Source: a bacterium | Lineage (GTDB): Bacteria > Myxococcota_A > Bradymonadia > UBA7976 > UBA1532 | Direction: 5' to 3' | DNA: 64,000 bases | Assembly (NCBI GenBank): GCA_030426085.1 | Contig: JAUHYW010000002.1 | Coordinates: 204,451-268,450, forward strand | In this document: positions 1 through 10,901 of the stretch, piece by piece | How the letters are laid out: every line of letters begins with the position of its first letter | Position numbering within the stretch: position 1 is the first letter of the stretch | Program-made: the position numbers and the translations under genes | The notes under the pieces: model-generated | Seen by the model: the letters and a program-made list of their open reading frames with translations, nothing else | What the model was told of the DNA's origin: nothing | The model's database searches: none

Positions 1-226
1 CGGCCCGGGCGGCGTCATCGGCGCCCCGCAGCGCCACCTGCTGATCGGCGCCGAGCCGGTCGCCGAGCGCGTCGGCCAGCCGGGGGGCCAGCTCGGCCCG
101 CCGCAGCCGCTGGATGTCCACCTGCCGCCGGGCCACCTGCACGTCGGCCCACAGCTCGAAGAGCCGCCGCCGGGCGAGGATCCACAGCAGCGCGAACGCC
201 CCCAGACCGATGGCCAGCGCGCTCAC
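1..226 (-). CDS. partial CDS (N-terminal ~75 aa) of a membrane-anchored protein; continues beyond window start
   Basis: Minus-strand open frame from GTG (224-226) to the window edge: VSALAIGLGAFALLWILARRRLFELWADVQVARRQVDIQRLRRAELAPRLADALGDRLGADQQVALRG... It has one TM-like helix and normal composition. The GTG overlaps the stop of the upstream gene (GTGA). It is absent from the ORF track because it has no stop in the window. Confidence 0.3.
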   Translation of the reverse strand, partial: MSALAIGLGAFALLWILARRRLFELWADVQVARRQVDIQRLRRAELAPRLADALGDRLGADQQVALRGADDAARA

Positions 227-765
227 CGCTCGACGCACTCCCCGTTGCCGTTGCAGACCCGGCCCGCCCGGCACTCGGCGTCCTCGATGCAGCCGGGGAA
301 GGCCGCGGCGCCGATGCACCACCCGGCGCTCGAGCACTGGGGCTCGTCGCGAGGGCAGTCCTCGTCGCCGAGGCACCCGACGCACAGCCCGACCTCGCCG
401 TTGGAGAACAAGGCGCACAGGGGCGTCTCGAACCCGCAGTCGTCCGCGGTGCGGCACACCCCCTGCTCGCCGGCCACGCAGCGCAGCTCGCCGTCGCACA
501 CCGGCTCCTCGGTCGAGCAGTGCACGCTGGCCCGGCACTCGCCGCAGCGGCGGGACCGCCCCCCCGCCGGGGTGGCGCAATACGGCTGGCTGCCGGGGCA
601 GTGCTCGTCGAGGGTGCACTCATCGGCCGGCGCCTCGCCGCCCTGATCACCCCCGCCGTCGAGGGCGTAGTCGCCGTCGGGCAGCGGCTCTTCGAATTCG
701 CAGCCCCCCCCGGCGAACAGCAGGGCGAGCGCGGCGGCGATCGGCAGCGTGGGGGCTCTCATCAT
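223..765 (-). CDS. secreted cysteine-rich repeat lipoprotein
   Basis: Signal peptide plus lipobox (MMRAPTLPIAAALALLFAGGGC). About 30 Cys arranged in repeated acidic D/E-x-D/E-C-P...C modules. Start taken at the Met pair inside ORF 223..807. The antisense ORFs here are Arg-rich. Confidence 0.6.
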   Translation of the reverse strand: MMRAPTLPIAAALALLFAGGGCEFEEPLPDGDYALDGGGDQGGEAPADECTLDEHCPGSQPYCATPAGGRSRRCGECRASVHCSTEEPVCDGELRCVAGEQGVCRTADDCGFETPLCALFSNGEVGLCVGCLGDEDCPRDEPQCSSAGWCIGAAAFPGCIEDAECRAGRVCNGNGECVER

Positions 766-909
766 CTCTCCGGCGCCGGGTCGGCGGACCGTGAACCTAT
801 CAGGCACGCCGACGCAAGCCCAGCGGCGCGCGCCGCCGACGGCAGCGTTGAGTCCGACCGCCGACCCGGGCTATACCGCGCGCAGCCCGCCGACCAGCGA
901 GAGGTCTCC

Positions 910-2199
910 ATGCACCGCCCCGCCCTCCATCGATCCGTCGCGGCCACGCTCGCGCTCTTCGCCCTCAGCGCCTGTGACGACGGCGGCGGCGCGCCCGCGA
1001 TCTCGCTGCCCGACGCGGCGCCCGTCGTCGACGCCGCGTCCGACATGGCCCCCGAACCCGAGCCGGAGCCCGAGCCGGACGCCGCGCCCGACGATCCCAC
1101 CGCCGAGGTGCCGTACACCGCCGAGCTCGATCTGCCCGCCGAGCCCTTCGACTACGCCAACGCGCCCATCCCGGCGCACTTCCGGGTCGAGACCCTCGGC
1201 TTCCACGGGCAGCGGCCGGCCATGGACGCCGACAACACCCCCGCCGACAACCCGGTGACCGACGCCGGGGCCACCCTGGGGCGGGTGTTGTTCTACGATA
1301 CGAACCTCAGCTCGAACCGCGCCGTCGCCTGCGCCTCGTGCCACGAGGCCGAGCACGGCTTCAGCGACCCCCGGGTGTTCAGCGAGGGCTTCGAAGGCGG
1401 GCTGACCGGGCGCCACTCGATGACCCTGGTCAACGCCCGGTTCTACGCCCCGGGTCACTTCTTCTGGGACCAGCGGGCGGGCACCCTCGAAGAGCAGGTG
1501 CTGATGCCGTTCCAGGATCCGATCGAGATGGGCATGACCCTCGACGGTCTGGTGACCCGGGTGCAGAACGGCGACTACTACCCCCCGCTGTTCGAGGCGG
1601 CTTTCGGCGACCCGGCGATCGACGCCGACCGCATCTCTCGGGCGCTGGCCCAGTTCGTGCGCAGCATGGTCAGCACCGGCAGCCGGTACGACGAGGGGCG
1701 GGCGATGGTCGAGAGCCGGGGCGACAACTTCCCCAACTTCACCGACGACGAGAACATCGGGAAGTATCTCTTCTCGATGCCCCCGCCGGCGGGCGGCTTC
1801 GGCTGCTTCTTCTGCCACCGGGGCGAGGCGTTCATCGGCCTCGAAGCCGCCAGCAACGGGCTCGACGCGGCCCCCGAGGACGAAGGCTACGGCGAGGTGA
1901 CCGGGCAGAGCGGGCACATGGGCACGTTCAAGGTGCCCTCGCTGCGCAACGTCGCCATCCGGCCGCCCTACATGCACGACGGCCGGTTCGAGACGCTCGA
2001 AGAGGTCATCGAGCACTACAGCAACGGGGTGCAGCCTCACGCCAACATCGGCCTGCCGTTCGGCGTCGTCGGGGGTCAGGTGCCCCAGCTCGACATGACC
2101 GTGGCCGAGAAGCGGGCGCTGCGGGCCTTCCTGCGCACACTCACCGACGAAGAGATGCTGAGCGACCCCAAGTTCGGCGACCCGTTCGTCCGGCCCTGA
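910..2199 (+). CDS. di-haem cytochrome c peroxidase family lipoprotein (CCP/MauG-like)
   Basis: Two CxxCH haem-binding motifs (ACASCHEAEHGF and GCFFCHRGE) with CCP-type spacing. Lipoprotein signal MHRPALHRSVAATLALFALSAC, followed by a PEPEPEPEP linker. Start chosen at the Met inside ORF 520..2199. Confidence 0.8.
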   Translation: MHRPALHRSVAATLALFALSACDDGGGAPAISLPDAAPVVDAASDMAPEPEPEPEPDAAPDDPTAEVPYTAELDLPAEPFDYANAPIPAHFRVETLGFHGQRPAMDADNTPADNPVTDAGATLGRVLFYDTNLSSNRAVACASCHEAEHGFSDPRVFSEGFEGGLTGRHSMTLVNARFYAPGHFFWDQRAGTLEEQVLMPFQDPIEMGMTLDGLVTRVQNGDYYPPLFEAAFGDPAIDADRISRALAQFVRSMVSTGSRYDEGRAMVESRGDNFPNFTDDENIGKYLFSMPPPAGGFGCFFCHRGEAFIGLEAASNGLDAAPEDEGYGEVTGQSGHMGTFKVPSLRNVAIRPPYMHDGRFETLEEVIEHYSNGVQPHANIGLPFGVVGGQVPQLDMTVAEKRALRAFLRTLTDEEMLSDPKFGDPFVRP

Positions 2200-2211
2200 G
2201 CCCGGCCCCGC

Positions 2212-5202
2212 TCAACGGCCCGGCTCGCCGTCCTCCTCGTCGCCCTCGTCGCCCTCGCCCTCCAGCGCCTCGGGCGCGATCGGCGAAGGCGCCCGACTGC
2301 GGCGCATCAGGCCCATCACCAGCTCGTCGTCCAGCGGATCTTCGGCGTACTCCGGCAGCGCCCGGTGGGGGTCGGTCGGCCCCACCGCCGACGGATCCTC
2401 ATCGGTGGCCGTGCGCCGCAGCGGCTCGTCGTGGGTCCGCAGCAGGTACAGCCCGATGTCGTCCCGCCGCAGCGCCAGATCTTCCAGCGTGCGGTCGGGC
2501 GCCAAGGCGAAGCGCTCGGTCTTCTTGCCCCGCCCGACCTTGACCCGCCGCTCGATGAGCCCCTCGTCGACGAAGAGCTGCAGCGCGTTGCCCAGCACCG
2601 CCGTCGACGCCGCCTCGGCCCGGCGGATGTCCCCTTGCAGGAACTCCATCTCGCCGTGCTCCCGGGCGTAGTCGAGCCACTCCTTCTTCTCCATCGGCAC
2701 GTCGACCAGGGCCCGCATCGCGTCCGCCGCGATCCAGTAGCCCTCGACCAGATGCAGCAGCATGCCCCGCAGGAAGTCGAGGGTCAGCGGCGCCGCCGGC
2801 AGGCACAGGCCGTCGTCGAGGGTGGCGACCAGCCCCTCGTCGATCATGCGGCCCACCGTCTCGGCGAACGCTTCTTCGTAGGACATCTCGGTGCGATAGA
2901 TGAACTCGTGCTTGAAGATGCGGCTGAGCTTGCGGGTGTCGGCCGCCAGCCGGCTGAGGGGGATGGCCCGCTCGGCGCCGAGCAGCGCGGTGGCCACCAG
3001 GCAGTCGGGGGCCAGGATGCCCAGGATGGCGTTGCGGTAGTAGTCCAGCTCGATGCGGCTCTTGTCGGGCACGACGTAGACCGTCTCGTTCGCCCGCTCA
3101 TTGCTGTCGACGAGCTTGCCGATCAGCTTGAGCGCCTCGGTGATCAGATCGCGCAGCGCCTCGCCCCGGGTGCGCGAGCCGGCCCGCGGGCTGCGGGCGG
3201 CGGCCGAGTCGATGCGCCCGGCGTTGCGGGCGAGGGTGTGCTCGATCGAGCGCGACAGTCGGGCCCCGCGGGCTTGCAGCATCGCCACCAGGAAGCCGAC
3301 CAGCTCCCGCAGGCGGCCGTTGCTCAGGCCCCGCCGGTGGTGGCTCAGCAGCACCGCGCCCACCAGCGACGACGGCGCGACGACCGTCGCCTCCTGAATA
3401 CGGCGCATGATGTGGAACCCGAAGCGGGTGGTGACGTCCCGGAAGTGCCCGTCGGCGGCCTCGATGGCCCCCGGCTCGTCGCTCACCGGCAGCGCGACCA
3501 CCTCGTCGCCGCCCATCAGCCACTCGCTCAGCCGGACCGGCTCCTCGAAGCTGACATAGACCCGCCCGTAGCGCGCCCGCAGCACCTTGCCCGCCTTGAC
3601 CACCCCGGCGACGCTCTCGGCCTCCTTCTCGCCCCCGGTCAGCTCCCGGCGGTAGCTCGCCGTCTCGACGACCTTCTCGTACGAGAGGTGGATCGGCACG
3701 AACTGCAAGTCCTTGTACTCGCCCCGGCGCACCCCCTCGAGCAGCATCGCGAGCATGCCCATCTTCGGCGGCAGCAGCTTGCCGGTGCGGCTGCGCCCGC
3801 CCTCGATGAAGAACTCGGTCGGGTAGCCCTGGCGCACCAGCGCCCACAGGTACTGCCGGAAGACCTCTTTGTAGATCGGCTGGCCGGCGAAGCTGCGCCG
3901 CAGGAAGAACGCGCCCGAGCGGCGGAACAGCCAGCCGAGCGGGAAGAACGAGAGGTTGGCCCCGGCGGCGACGTGGGGCGGGATGAACTCGTTGCGCAGC
4001 ATCACCCACGAGATGACCATATAGTCGAAGTGGCTCTTGTGGCACGGCACCAGGACCAGCGGCGCGCTGCGGCTGAAGCGGGCGGCGTCCTTCATGCGCC
4101 GCAGGCCCTGCTCGTCGACCTCGACCCCCTCGAAGACCCGCCGGAAGACGAAGTCGAGCAGGCGGGCCATCGCGGCGAGCACCGAGAAGTTGATGCGGGC
4201 CCCGATCTCGTCGACGTCGCGCTCGGCCATCGCCAGCGCCTTGCCCGGGGGGATGCCCTCCCGCTCGGCGACCTCGAGCAGCCGCCGGCGGTTCGCCGGG
4301 CGCTCGAGCACCTGCCGGTGGATCTTGCGGGCCGGCACCAACCCCGGCCCGGTCAGCGCCATCTGGGCCCGGGCGAGGTGGATGAACAGCACCCGGCGCA
4401 CCTTGCGGGCGACCCGCTCCGGCGGCCAGTCGGCGTGCTCGGCGAGCACCGCCCGCAGGTCGATGGGCTCGTCGACCTGCACCGTCGCCTTGCGCCCGTG
4501 CAGCAGCGCGTAGATCAGCTTGCGCAGCCGACCGGCGGCGGCCTGATCCCCGAAGAGGATATCGGCCCACGAGCGCCGCTTGGACGGCGGCTTGCGGGGC
4601 CACGAGATGTGCTGCGGCACGAGGTGGATCGGCCGGTCCTGGCTCGCCTGAAGCTCGACGAGGCGCTCGATGAACGCCGGATCGGCCGGCCGCTGCTGCT
4701 TCTCGGCGGTCAGCCGGCGCACCTTCATGAAGAGCAGCGCCGCGCCGTCTTCGGCGACCGCCTGCTCGAGCTGGGCCACCGGCGGGGGGTCGTCCTCCCG
4801 CCCGAGCAGGCGCCGCACGCGGCCCTTCACCCAGCGCCCGAAGCCGCGGAACAGAGTGGTGTCGACTCCGTTGGCGAAGCGGGCGAGCGGCGCGCCGGCC
4901 CCGAGGAAGAGGTGGTTGAACAGCAGGTAGTCGAGCAGGCTGCGGGTGCGCATGACATAGACCACCGCCCCCTGCTCGCCGAGCCGCCGCAGCCGCTCGG
5001 CCTGGGCCTCGTCGAGCGCTTTGTCTTTGCCGAAGATGCGCCGGCCGAGGAAGCGGAACAGCCCCCGGCTCTCGGTCAGCATCGCCGAGCGACGGGGCGT
5101 CCCCGGCCCACGCCGGGCGGGCAGCGTCGGACCGGCGGCGTCGCTCACATCATCCGGCATGGCATCCCGGCCGTCGGCGGCATCCTTCGGCATATCACTC
5201 AT
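2212..5202 (-). CDS. plsB: glycerol-3-phosphate O-acyltransferase
   Basis: Acyltransferase HxxxxD motif (VPCHKSHFDYMV) and FIEGGRSRTGK motif in a ~1000-aa protein typical of PlsB. The ATG at 5200-5202 (MSDMPKD...) overlaps the stop of the upstream lipoprotein gene (ATGA). The N-terminal 200 codons of ORF 2212..5808 are R/G-rich low complexity and were rejected. Confidence 0.85.
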   Translation of the reverse strand: MSDMPKDAADGRDAMPDDVSDAAGPTLPARRGPGTPRRSAMLTESRGLFRFLGRRIFGKDKALDEAQAERLRRLGEQGAVVYVMRTRSLLDYLLFNHLFLGAGAPLARFANGVDTTLFRGFGRWVKGRVRRLLGREDDPPPVAQLEQAVAEDGAALLFMKVRRLTAEKQQRPADPAFIERLVELQASQDRPIHLVPQHISWPRKPPSKRRSWADILFGDQAAAGRLRKLIYALLHGRKATVQVDEPIDLRAVLAEHADWPPERVARKVRRVLFIHLARAQMALTGPGLVPARKIHRQVLERPANRRRLLEVAEREGIPPGKALAMAERDVDEIGARINFSVLAAMARLLDFVFRRVFEGVEVDEQGLRRMKDAARFSRSAPLVLVPCHKSHFDYMVISWVMLRNEFIPPHVAAGANLSFFPLGWLFRRSGAFFLRRSFAGQPIYKEVFRQYLWALVRQGYPTEFFIEGGRSRTGKLLPPKMGMLAMLLEGVRRGEYKDLQFVPIHLSYEKVVETASYRRELTGGEKEAESVAGVVKAGKVLRARYGRVYVSFEEPVRLSEWLMGGDEVVALPVSDEPGAIEAADGHFRDVTTRFGFHIMRRIQEATVVAPSSLVGAVLLSHHRRGLSNGRLRELVGFLVAMLQARGARLSRSIEHTLARNAGRIDSAAARSPRAGSRTRGEALRDLITEALKLIGKLVDSNERANETVYVVPDKSRIELDYYRNAILGILAPDCLVATALLGAERAIPLSRLAADTRKLSRIFKHEFIYRTEMSYEEAFAETVGRMIDEGLVATLDDGLCLPAAPLTLDFLRGMLLHLVEGYWIAADAMRALVDVPMEKKEWLDYAREHGEMEFLQGDIRRAEAASTAVLGNALQLFVDEGLIERRVKVGRGKKTERFALAPDRTLEDLALRRDDIGLYLLRTHDEPLRRTATDEDPSAVGPTDPHRALPEYAEDPLDDELVMGLMRRSRAPSPIAPEALEGEGDEGDEEDGEPGR

Positions 5203-6251
5203 GGCTCGGCAAGCCGAGGCAGGGGGCGGCGATCGGTGAGGATGACCCCGTCGGCCACCGCGCTCAGGTCGCCGCCGACGGCCCAGGTGCTGTCGTCGGG
5301 CCCGTGCCACACGGCGTGCAGCGTGCGGGCCCCGACCGCGTCGGGCTGCGGGCGAAGGCGGAACCAGCGCCCGGCGAGGTCCCGCAGCACGAGCGCCCCC
5401 CGGGCCCCGCTGGCCAGCGCGAGCCCGTCGGGGCGGACCGCGACCCCGTTGAGGCCGATGACCCCCGCCGGATCCTCGGCCACCCAGCCGCCGGCCCCCA
5501 AGGCATAGACCAGTCCGCTGCCGACCCCGCCGACCGCGATCACCGGCCCCCCGGCGCGGCCGTGCACGGTGAAGAGCAGATCCCGCTGGCCCAGGTCCGC
5601 GCGGGTGAAGCCGACCCCGTCCCAATGCACGGTGACGGTGCCCTCGCCCACCAGCCAGACGTCGTCGGGCCCGCTGCCCCACGCTTTGTACAGGTTCAGC
5701 TCGGCGGGCAGCGCCGGATCGTCGACCCGGGTCCAGACCCCGTCCCCGGCCGAGCGCAGCACGACCCCCTTGGGCCCGCCCCGGCGCACCGAGCCGCCCA
5801 CCGCCCACAGGTCATCGGGCCCGCTGCCCCACAGCCCCCACAGCACCGCCTTCTCGTCGAGCCCGGTCTCCTCGGCGACCCAGCCGTCCGCCCCCCGGCG
5901 CAGGACGCGGCCGCCCTCGCCGCAGGCCCACACCCGCTCGGCGTCGGCCCCCCAGACCCACCACAGCAGCGGCCCGGGCGGGGCCGGCTCGGGCGCGACG
6001 CGGGCCCCGTCGAAGCGATACAGCGCGCCGCCCTCGGGCTCGGCGGTGCCCCCGGCGAACCACACCGCGTCGGCCGCCGCGCCCCACACCCCGAGCAGCG
6101 CCGGCTCGAGGCCGTCCACCGCCGCCAGCCCGGCCTCGAGCGTCGCGGCGAGCGGCGGCGGGGCCGCGTCGGGCGCCGGGTCGGTGTCGTCGTCACAGGC
6201 GGCGAGCGCGAGCAGGGAGCCGAGGGCGAGCAGGGCGGGGCGGGTGCGCAT
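5199..6251 (-). CDS. beta-propeller-type repeat lipoprotein
   Basis: Signal peptide plus lipobox MRTRPALLALGSLLALAAC. Repeated ~45-aa modules ending in D-x-W-A/L-V-G-G (LWAVGG, VWLVGEG, VIAVGG, TWAVGG). The real start is at the signal peptide inside the 1233-aa ORF 5199..8900, whose upstream 880 aa are R/G/A-rich junk. Confidence 0.6.
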   Translation of the reverse strand: MRTRPALLALGSLLALAACDDDTDPAPDAAPPPLAATLEAGLAAVDGLEPALLGVWGAAADAVWFAGGTAEPEGGALYRFDGARVAPEPAPPGPLLWWVWGADAERVWACGEGGRVLRRGADGWVAEETGLDEKAVLWGLWGSGPDDLWAVGGSVRRGGPKGVVLRSAGDGVWTRVDDPALPAELNLYKAWGSGPDDVWLVGEGTVTVHWDGVGFTRADLGQRDLLFTVHGRAGGPVIAVGGVGSGLVYALGAGGWVAEDPAGVIGLNGVAVRPDGLALASGARGALVLRDLAGRWFRLRPQPDAVGARTLHAVWHGPDDSTWAVGGDLSAVADGVILTDRRPLPRLAEP

Positions 6252-6314
6252 CCGCGGCAGGATAACAGAACGGGGCAGTGGGTGTGGCGCGCCGTTTCGG
6301 GGTAGCCTCGGGCC

Positions 6315-7499
6315 ATGGCCCGCCGCGCCGACCGCCGTCGACAGCCACCCCGGGCGCCCCCGGCGACCGGCTGGATCCCCCGCATGCGGGCCCTGGGGGT
6401 GCGGGTCGAGCAGGCGCCCGATCGGATGATCCTCGCCGCCGATCCGGGCCACGCGATGCACGTCGCCGGCGAGGGCCGCCGGCTGGCCCCCGAGCGCTGG
6501 ATGTGGACCCTCGAGGTGCGCCACCCGGGCATCGACCGGGCGTGGGTCATCGAGCCCGAGGACGCCATCACCCGGGTGCGCAAGCTGGTCGCCGGGCAGG
6601 ACGTGCTGACCGGCGACGCCGCCTTCGACGCCGCGGTGCACCTCGTCGGCGAGACGCGGCCCCTGCTCGCCTGCCTGGGCCACGCCACCCGCGCCCGGCT
6701 GACCCGGCTGCTGCCCCAGGGTCGGCTGGCCGACGGCGCCCTGCGCTGGGTCGCCCCCGCCACCGGCCCCCGCCCGCCGGGCCTCGTCGACCGGCTGCAC
6801 GACATGCTGACGGTGGCCCGGACCCTGGGGGCCGACGTGCGCCCGCTCACCCGGCTGCGGCGACACATGGTGCGCGACCCCGACCCCGGTCACCGGCGGC
6901 GGGCGATGGAGCAGGCGGTGCTCGCCGGCCACGCCCTCACCCCCGGCGAGCGGCGGGCGCTGCTGCGGGACGCCGACCCCGACCTGCGGGCGGCCGTCGC
7001 CCGGATGCTGCACGACGTCGAGACGCTCGGCCGGCTGGCGGCCGATCCCCGGCTGCCCGACCCGCTGCGGATCCGGGCCGTCGAAGCGCTGGGCGAGTGC
7101 GAGCCGCCCCCGACGATCGACGCCCTCGACCGCGCCGCCCGCAGCGACGGCGCCACCGCCCTCGAGCCGGCGCTGGGCCGGGCGCTGGGTCGGGCCCTGG
7201 AGCAGCACCCCGAGGCGACCGACCGGCTGGGCGAGGCCGCGACGCTGGCGCTGCTGACCCACGGCCCGGAGAGCCGCCGCTCCGCCGCCATCGAACGCCT
7301 GGGCGAGGCGGGCACCGAGCGCGCGGTGCCCCCGCTGGCGGCCATCGCCCGGGCCTTCTTCGCCCGGCGCGCGCTCAAGGACGACGCCCGGGCGGCCATG
7401 GATCGCATCACCCGCCGCCAGGGCGGCCTGCGCGGGGGCGGGCTGTCGGTGGCCGACGCCGAGGCGGGGGCCCTGACGGTCAGCCCGCCGGATCGGTGA
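6315..7499 (+). CDS. HEAT-like (PBS-lyase type) repeat protein
   Basis: Repeated D-P-x-x-R-x-x-A-x-x-A-L-G helical units (e.g. DPDLRAAVARMLHDVETLG, DPLRIRAVEALGECE). Balanced composition, unlike the overlapping antisense frames. Start uncertain; an alternative Met is at 6383. Confidence 0.5.
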   Translation: MARRADRRRQPPRAPPATGWIPRMRALGVRVEQAPDRMILAADPGHAMHVAGEGRRLAPERWMWTLEVRHPGIDRAWVIEPEDAITRVRKLVAGQDVLTGDAAFDAAVHLVGETRPLLACLGHATRARLTRLLPQGRLADGALRWVAPATGPRPPGLVDRLHDMLTVARTLGADVRPLTRLRRHMVRDPDPGHRRRAMEQAVLAGHALTPGERRALLRDADPDLRAAVARMLHDVETLGRLAADPRLPDPLRIRAVEALGECEPPPTIDALDRAARSDGATALEPALGRALGRALEQHPEATDRLGEAATLALLTHGPESRRSAAIERLGEAGTERAVPPLAAIARAFFARRALKDDARAAMDRITRRQGGLRGGGLSVADAEAGALTVSPPDR

Positions 7500-7553
7500 A
7501 GCGCGCCGGCGCCCGCCGTTGACGCCCCGGGCCGCAGCGACCATGCTCCCGAT

Positions 7554-8888
7554 ATGGCGCACGACGACGAAGACGACGCGCTGCTCGCCGCCTGGCTGGG
7601 GCACGTCGGCCGCATGCCCGACGCGGCCGAGGGGCCCGACGAGCGCAGCTACAAGGCGGTGGCCCTCGAGCTGGGGCTGACCGAGGCCGATCTGGCCCGG
7701 GTCGAGGCGGTCGTCGACGACCACGCGGCCCGGGGGCGCAACTACCTGACCCACGGCCGCCCGGCCGACGCGGTGAGCGAGCTGAAGCAGGCCCGGGCCC
7801 TGGCTCCCTGGCGGGCCGACGTCGCCCACGCGCTGGCCGAGGCCCACGCCGCCCGCTACGCCGCCCGGGGCGACGAGGCCGACCGCGAGGCCGCCCGGGC
7901 GCTCGCCCGCCGCCGGCTGGAGCACGCGCCGGACCACCAGCCATCCTACGCGCTGCTCAACCGCCTCGACGCCCCGCCGGCCCGCCGCCCGCGCGCGCCC
8001 GGCGCCGCCCGCCGCCGCCTGCTGCTCGTCGCCGGGGGGCTGGTGCTGCTGATGCTCGCGCTCTCGGGCCTGATGGCGCAGATGATGAGCGGCCCCGAGC
8101 CGCCGCCCGGAGGCGAGCCCCCGCCCCCCGTCCCGGTGACCGGCGAGCGCCCCCCGCCCCCGACGCCGGCCACCCCCCGGGGCACCGTCGACCTGCCGGT
8201 CGAGGTGGTCTCGTGGGACAAGTTCGCAGGCATCGAGCTCGACGGCGCCGGCAGCGCCCTCGACCGCGGGGTGCGGGCCAGCGCCCGGATCACGCTGCGG
8301 GTCCGCAACACCCTCGCCGGCCAGGGCCTCGACGCGCTCGGGGCGACGCTCGAGCTCCTCGACGATCAGGGCGAGGTCGTCACCCGGGAGCCCATCGAGC
8401 TGCTGAACTCGGCCCACCCGACGCTGTACCCCGGCGAGCAGCAGGTGTTCGGCCGGCGGTTCACCGTCGACCCCGGCGCGACGCGAGCCCGGCTCATCCT
8501 CGAGTCGCTGCGCCGCAAGTCGGCCGCCGCGCCGCCCCCGTCGAAGCCCATCTGCGTGCGGTGGGACATGCCCCAGCCGAGCCACCTCGACCTCGACTTC
8601 GGGCTGCGCGGCCTGCGCTGGAGCCTGGGCACGCTGCACATGGATCTGACCGTGCGCAACCGGGGCGCCAACGCGGTGGAGAACCTCGTCTTCCAGGTCG
8701 AGCACCTCACCGCCGACGACGCCCCGATCGCCGAGCGCACCCTGCTCGACAAAGAGACCGTCGCCGCCGGCTGGATGCCGCCCTTCGAGCCCGGCGAGCT
8801 GCGGCTGGCCCGGCACATGAAGGTGCTCGGCCTCGACGACAAGCCGCGCTACGACCACACCTGCCTGCGCATCACCCAGGCAGACTGA
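7554..8888 (+). CDS. hypothetical single-pass membrane protein
   Basis: Acidic N-terminal segment, then one TM helix (LLLVAGGLVLLMLALSGLMA), a Pro-rich linker and a ~250-aa C-terminal domain with protein-like composition. No family recognised. Confidence 0.5.
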   Translation: MAHDDEDDALLAAWLGHVGRMPDAAEGPDERSYKAVALELGLTEADLARVEAVVDDHAARGRNYLTHGRPADAVSELKQARALAPWRADVAHALAEAHAARYAARGDEADREAARALARRRLEHAPDHQPSYALLNRLDAPPARRPRAPGAARRRLLLVAGGLVLLMLALSGLMAQMMSGPEPPPGGEPPPPVPVTGERPPPPTPATPRGTVDLPVEVVSWDKFAGIELDGAGSALDRGVRASARITLRVRNTLAGQGLDALGATLELLDDQGEVVTREPIELLNSAHPTLYPGEQQVFGRRFTVDPGATRARLILESLRRKSAAAPPPSKPICVRWDMPQPSHLDLDFGLRGLRWSLGTLHMDLTVRNRGANAVENLVFQVEHLTADDAPIAERTLLDKETVAAGWMPPFEPGELRLARHMKVLGLDDKPRYDHTCLRITQAD

Positions 8889-8926
8889 GCCCGCGCGCAC
8901 TGAGCACCCTCACCCCCGGAGGCGCC

Positions 8927-10894
<1,968 letters not shown>

Positions 10895-10901
10895 GGCCGG
10901 G

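Noticed and set aside
2365-5508. 1047-aa plus-strand ORF
   Set aside because: It is antisense to plsB and is Arg/Gly/Pro-rich with no motifs. plsB on the minus strand has diagnostic acyltransferase motifs.
5203-5808. N-terminal 202 codons of ORF 2212..5808
   Set aside because: It is Arg/Gly-rich junk overlapping the upstream lipoprotein gene. PlsB begins at the MSDMPKD Met with an ATGA overlap.
6252-8900. N-terminal 880 aa of ORF 5199..8900
   Set aside because: It is R/G/A/P low complexity lying upstream of a clean signal peptide and lipobox. The real gene starts at 6251, and the plus strand here carries better genes (6315..7499, 7554..8888).
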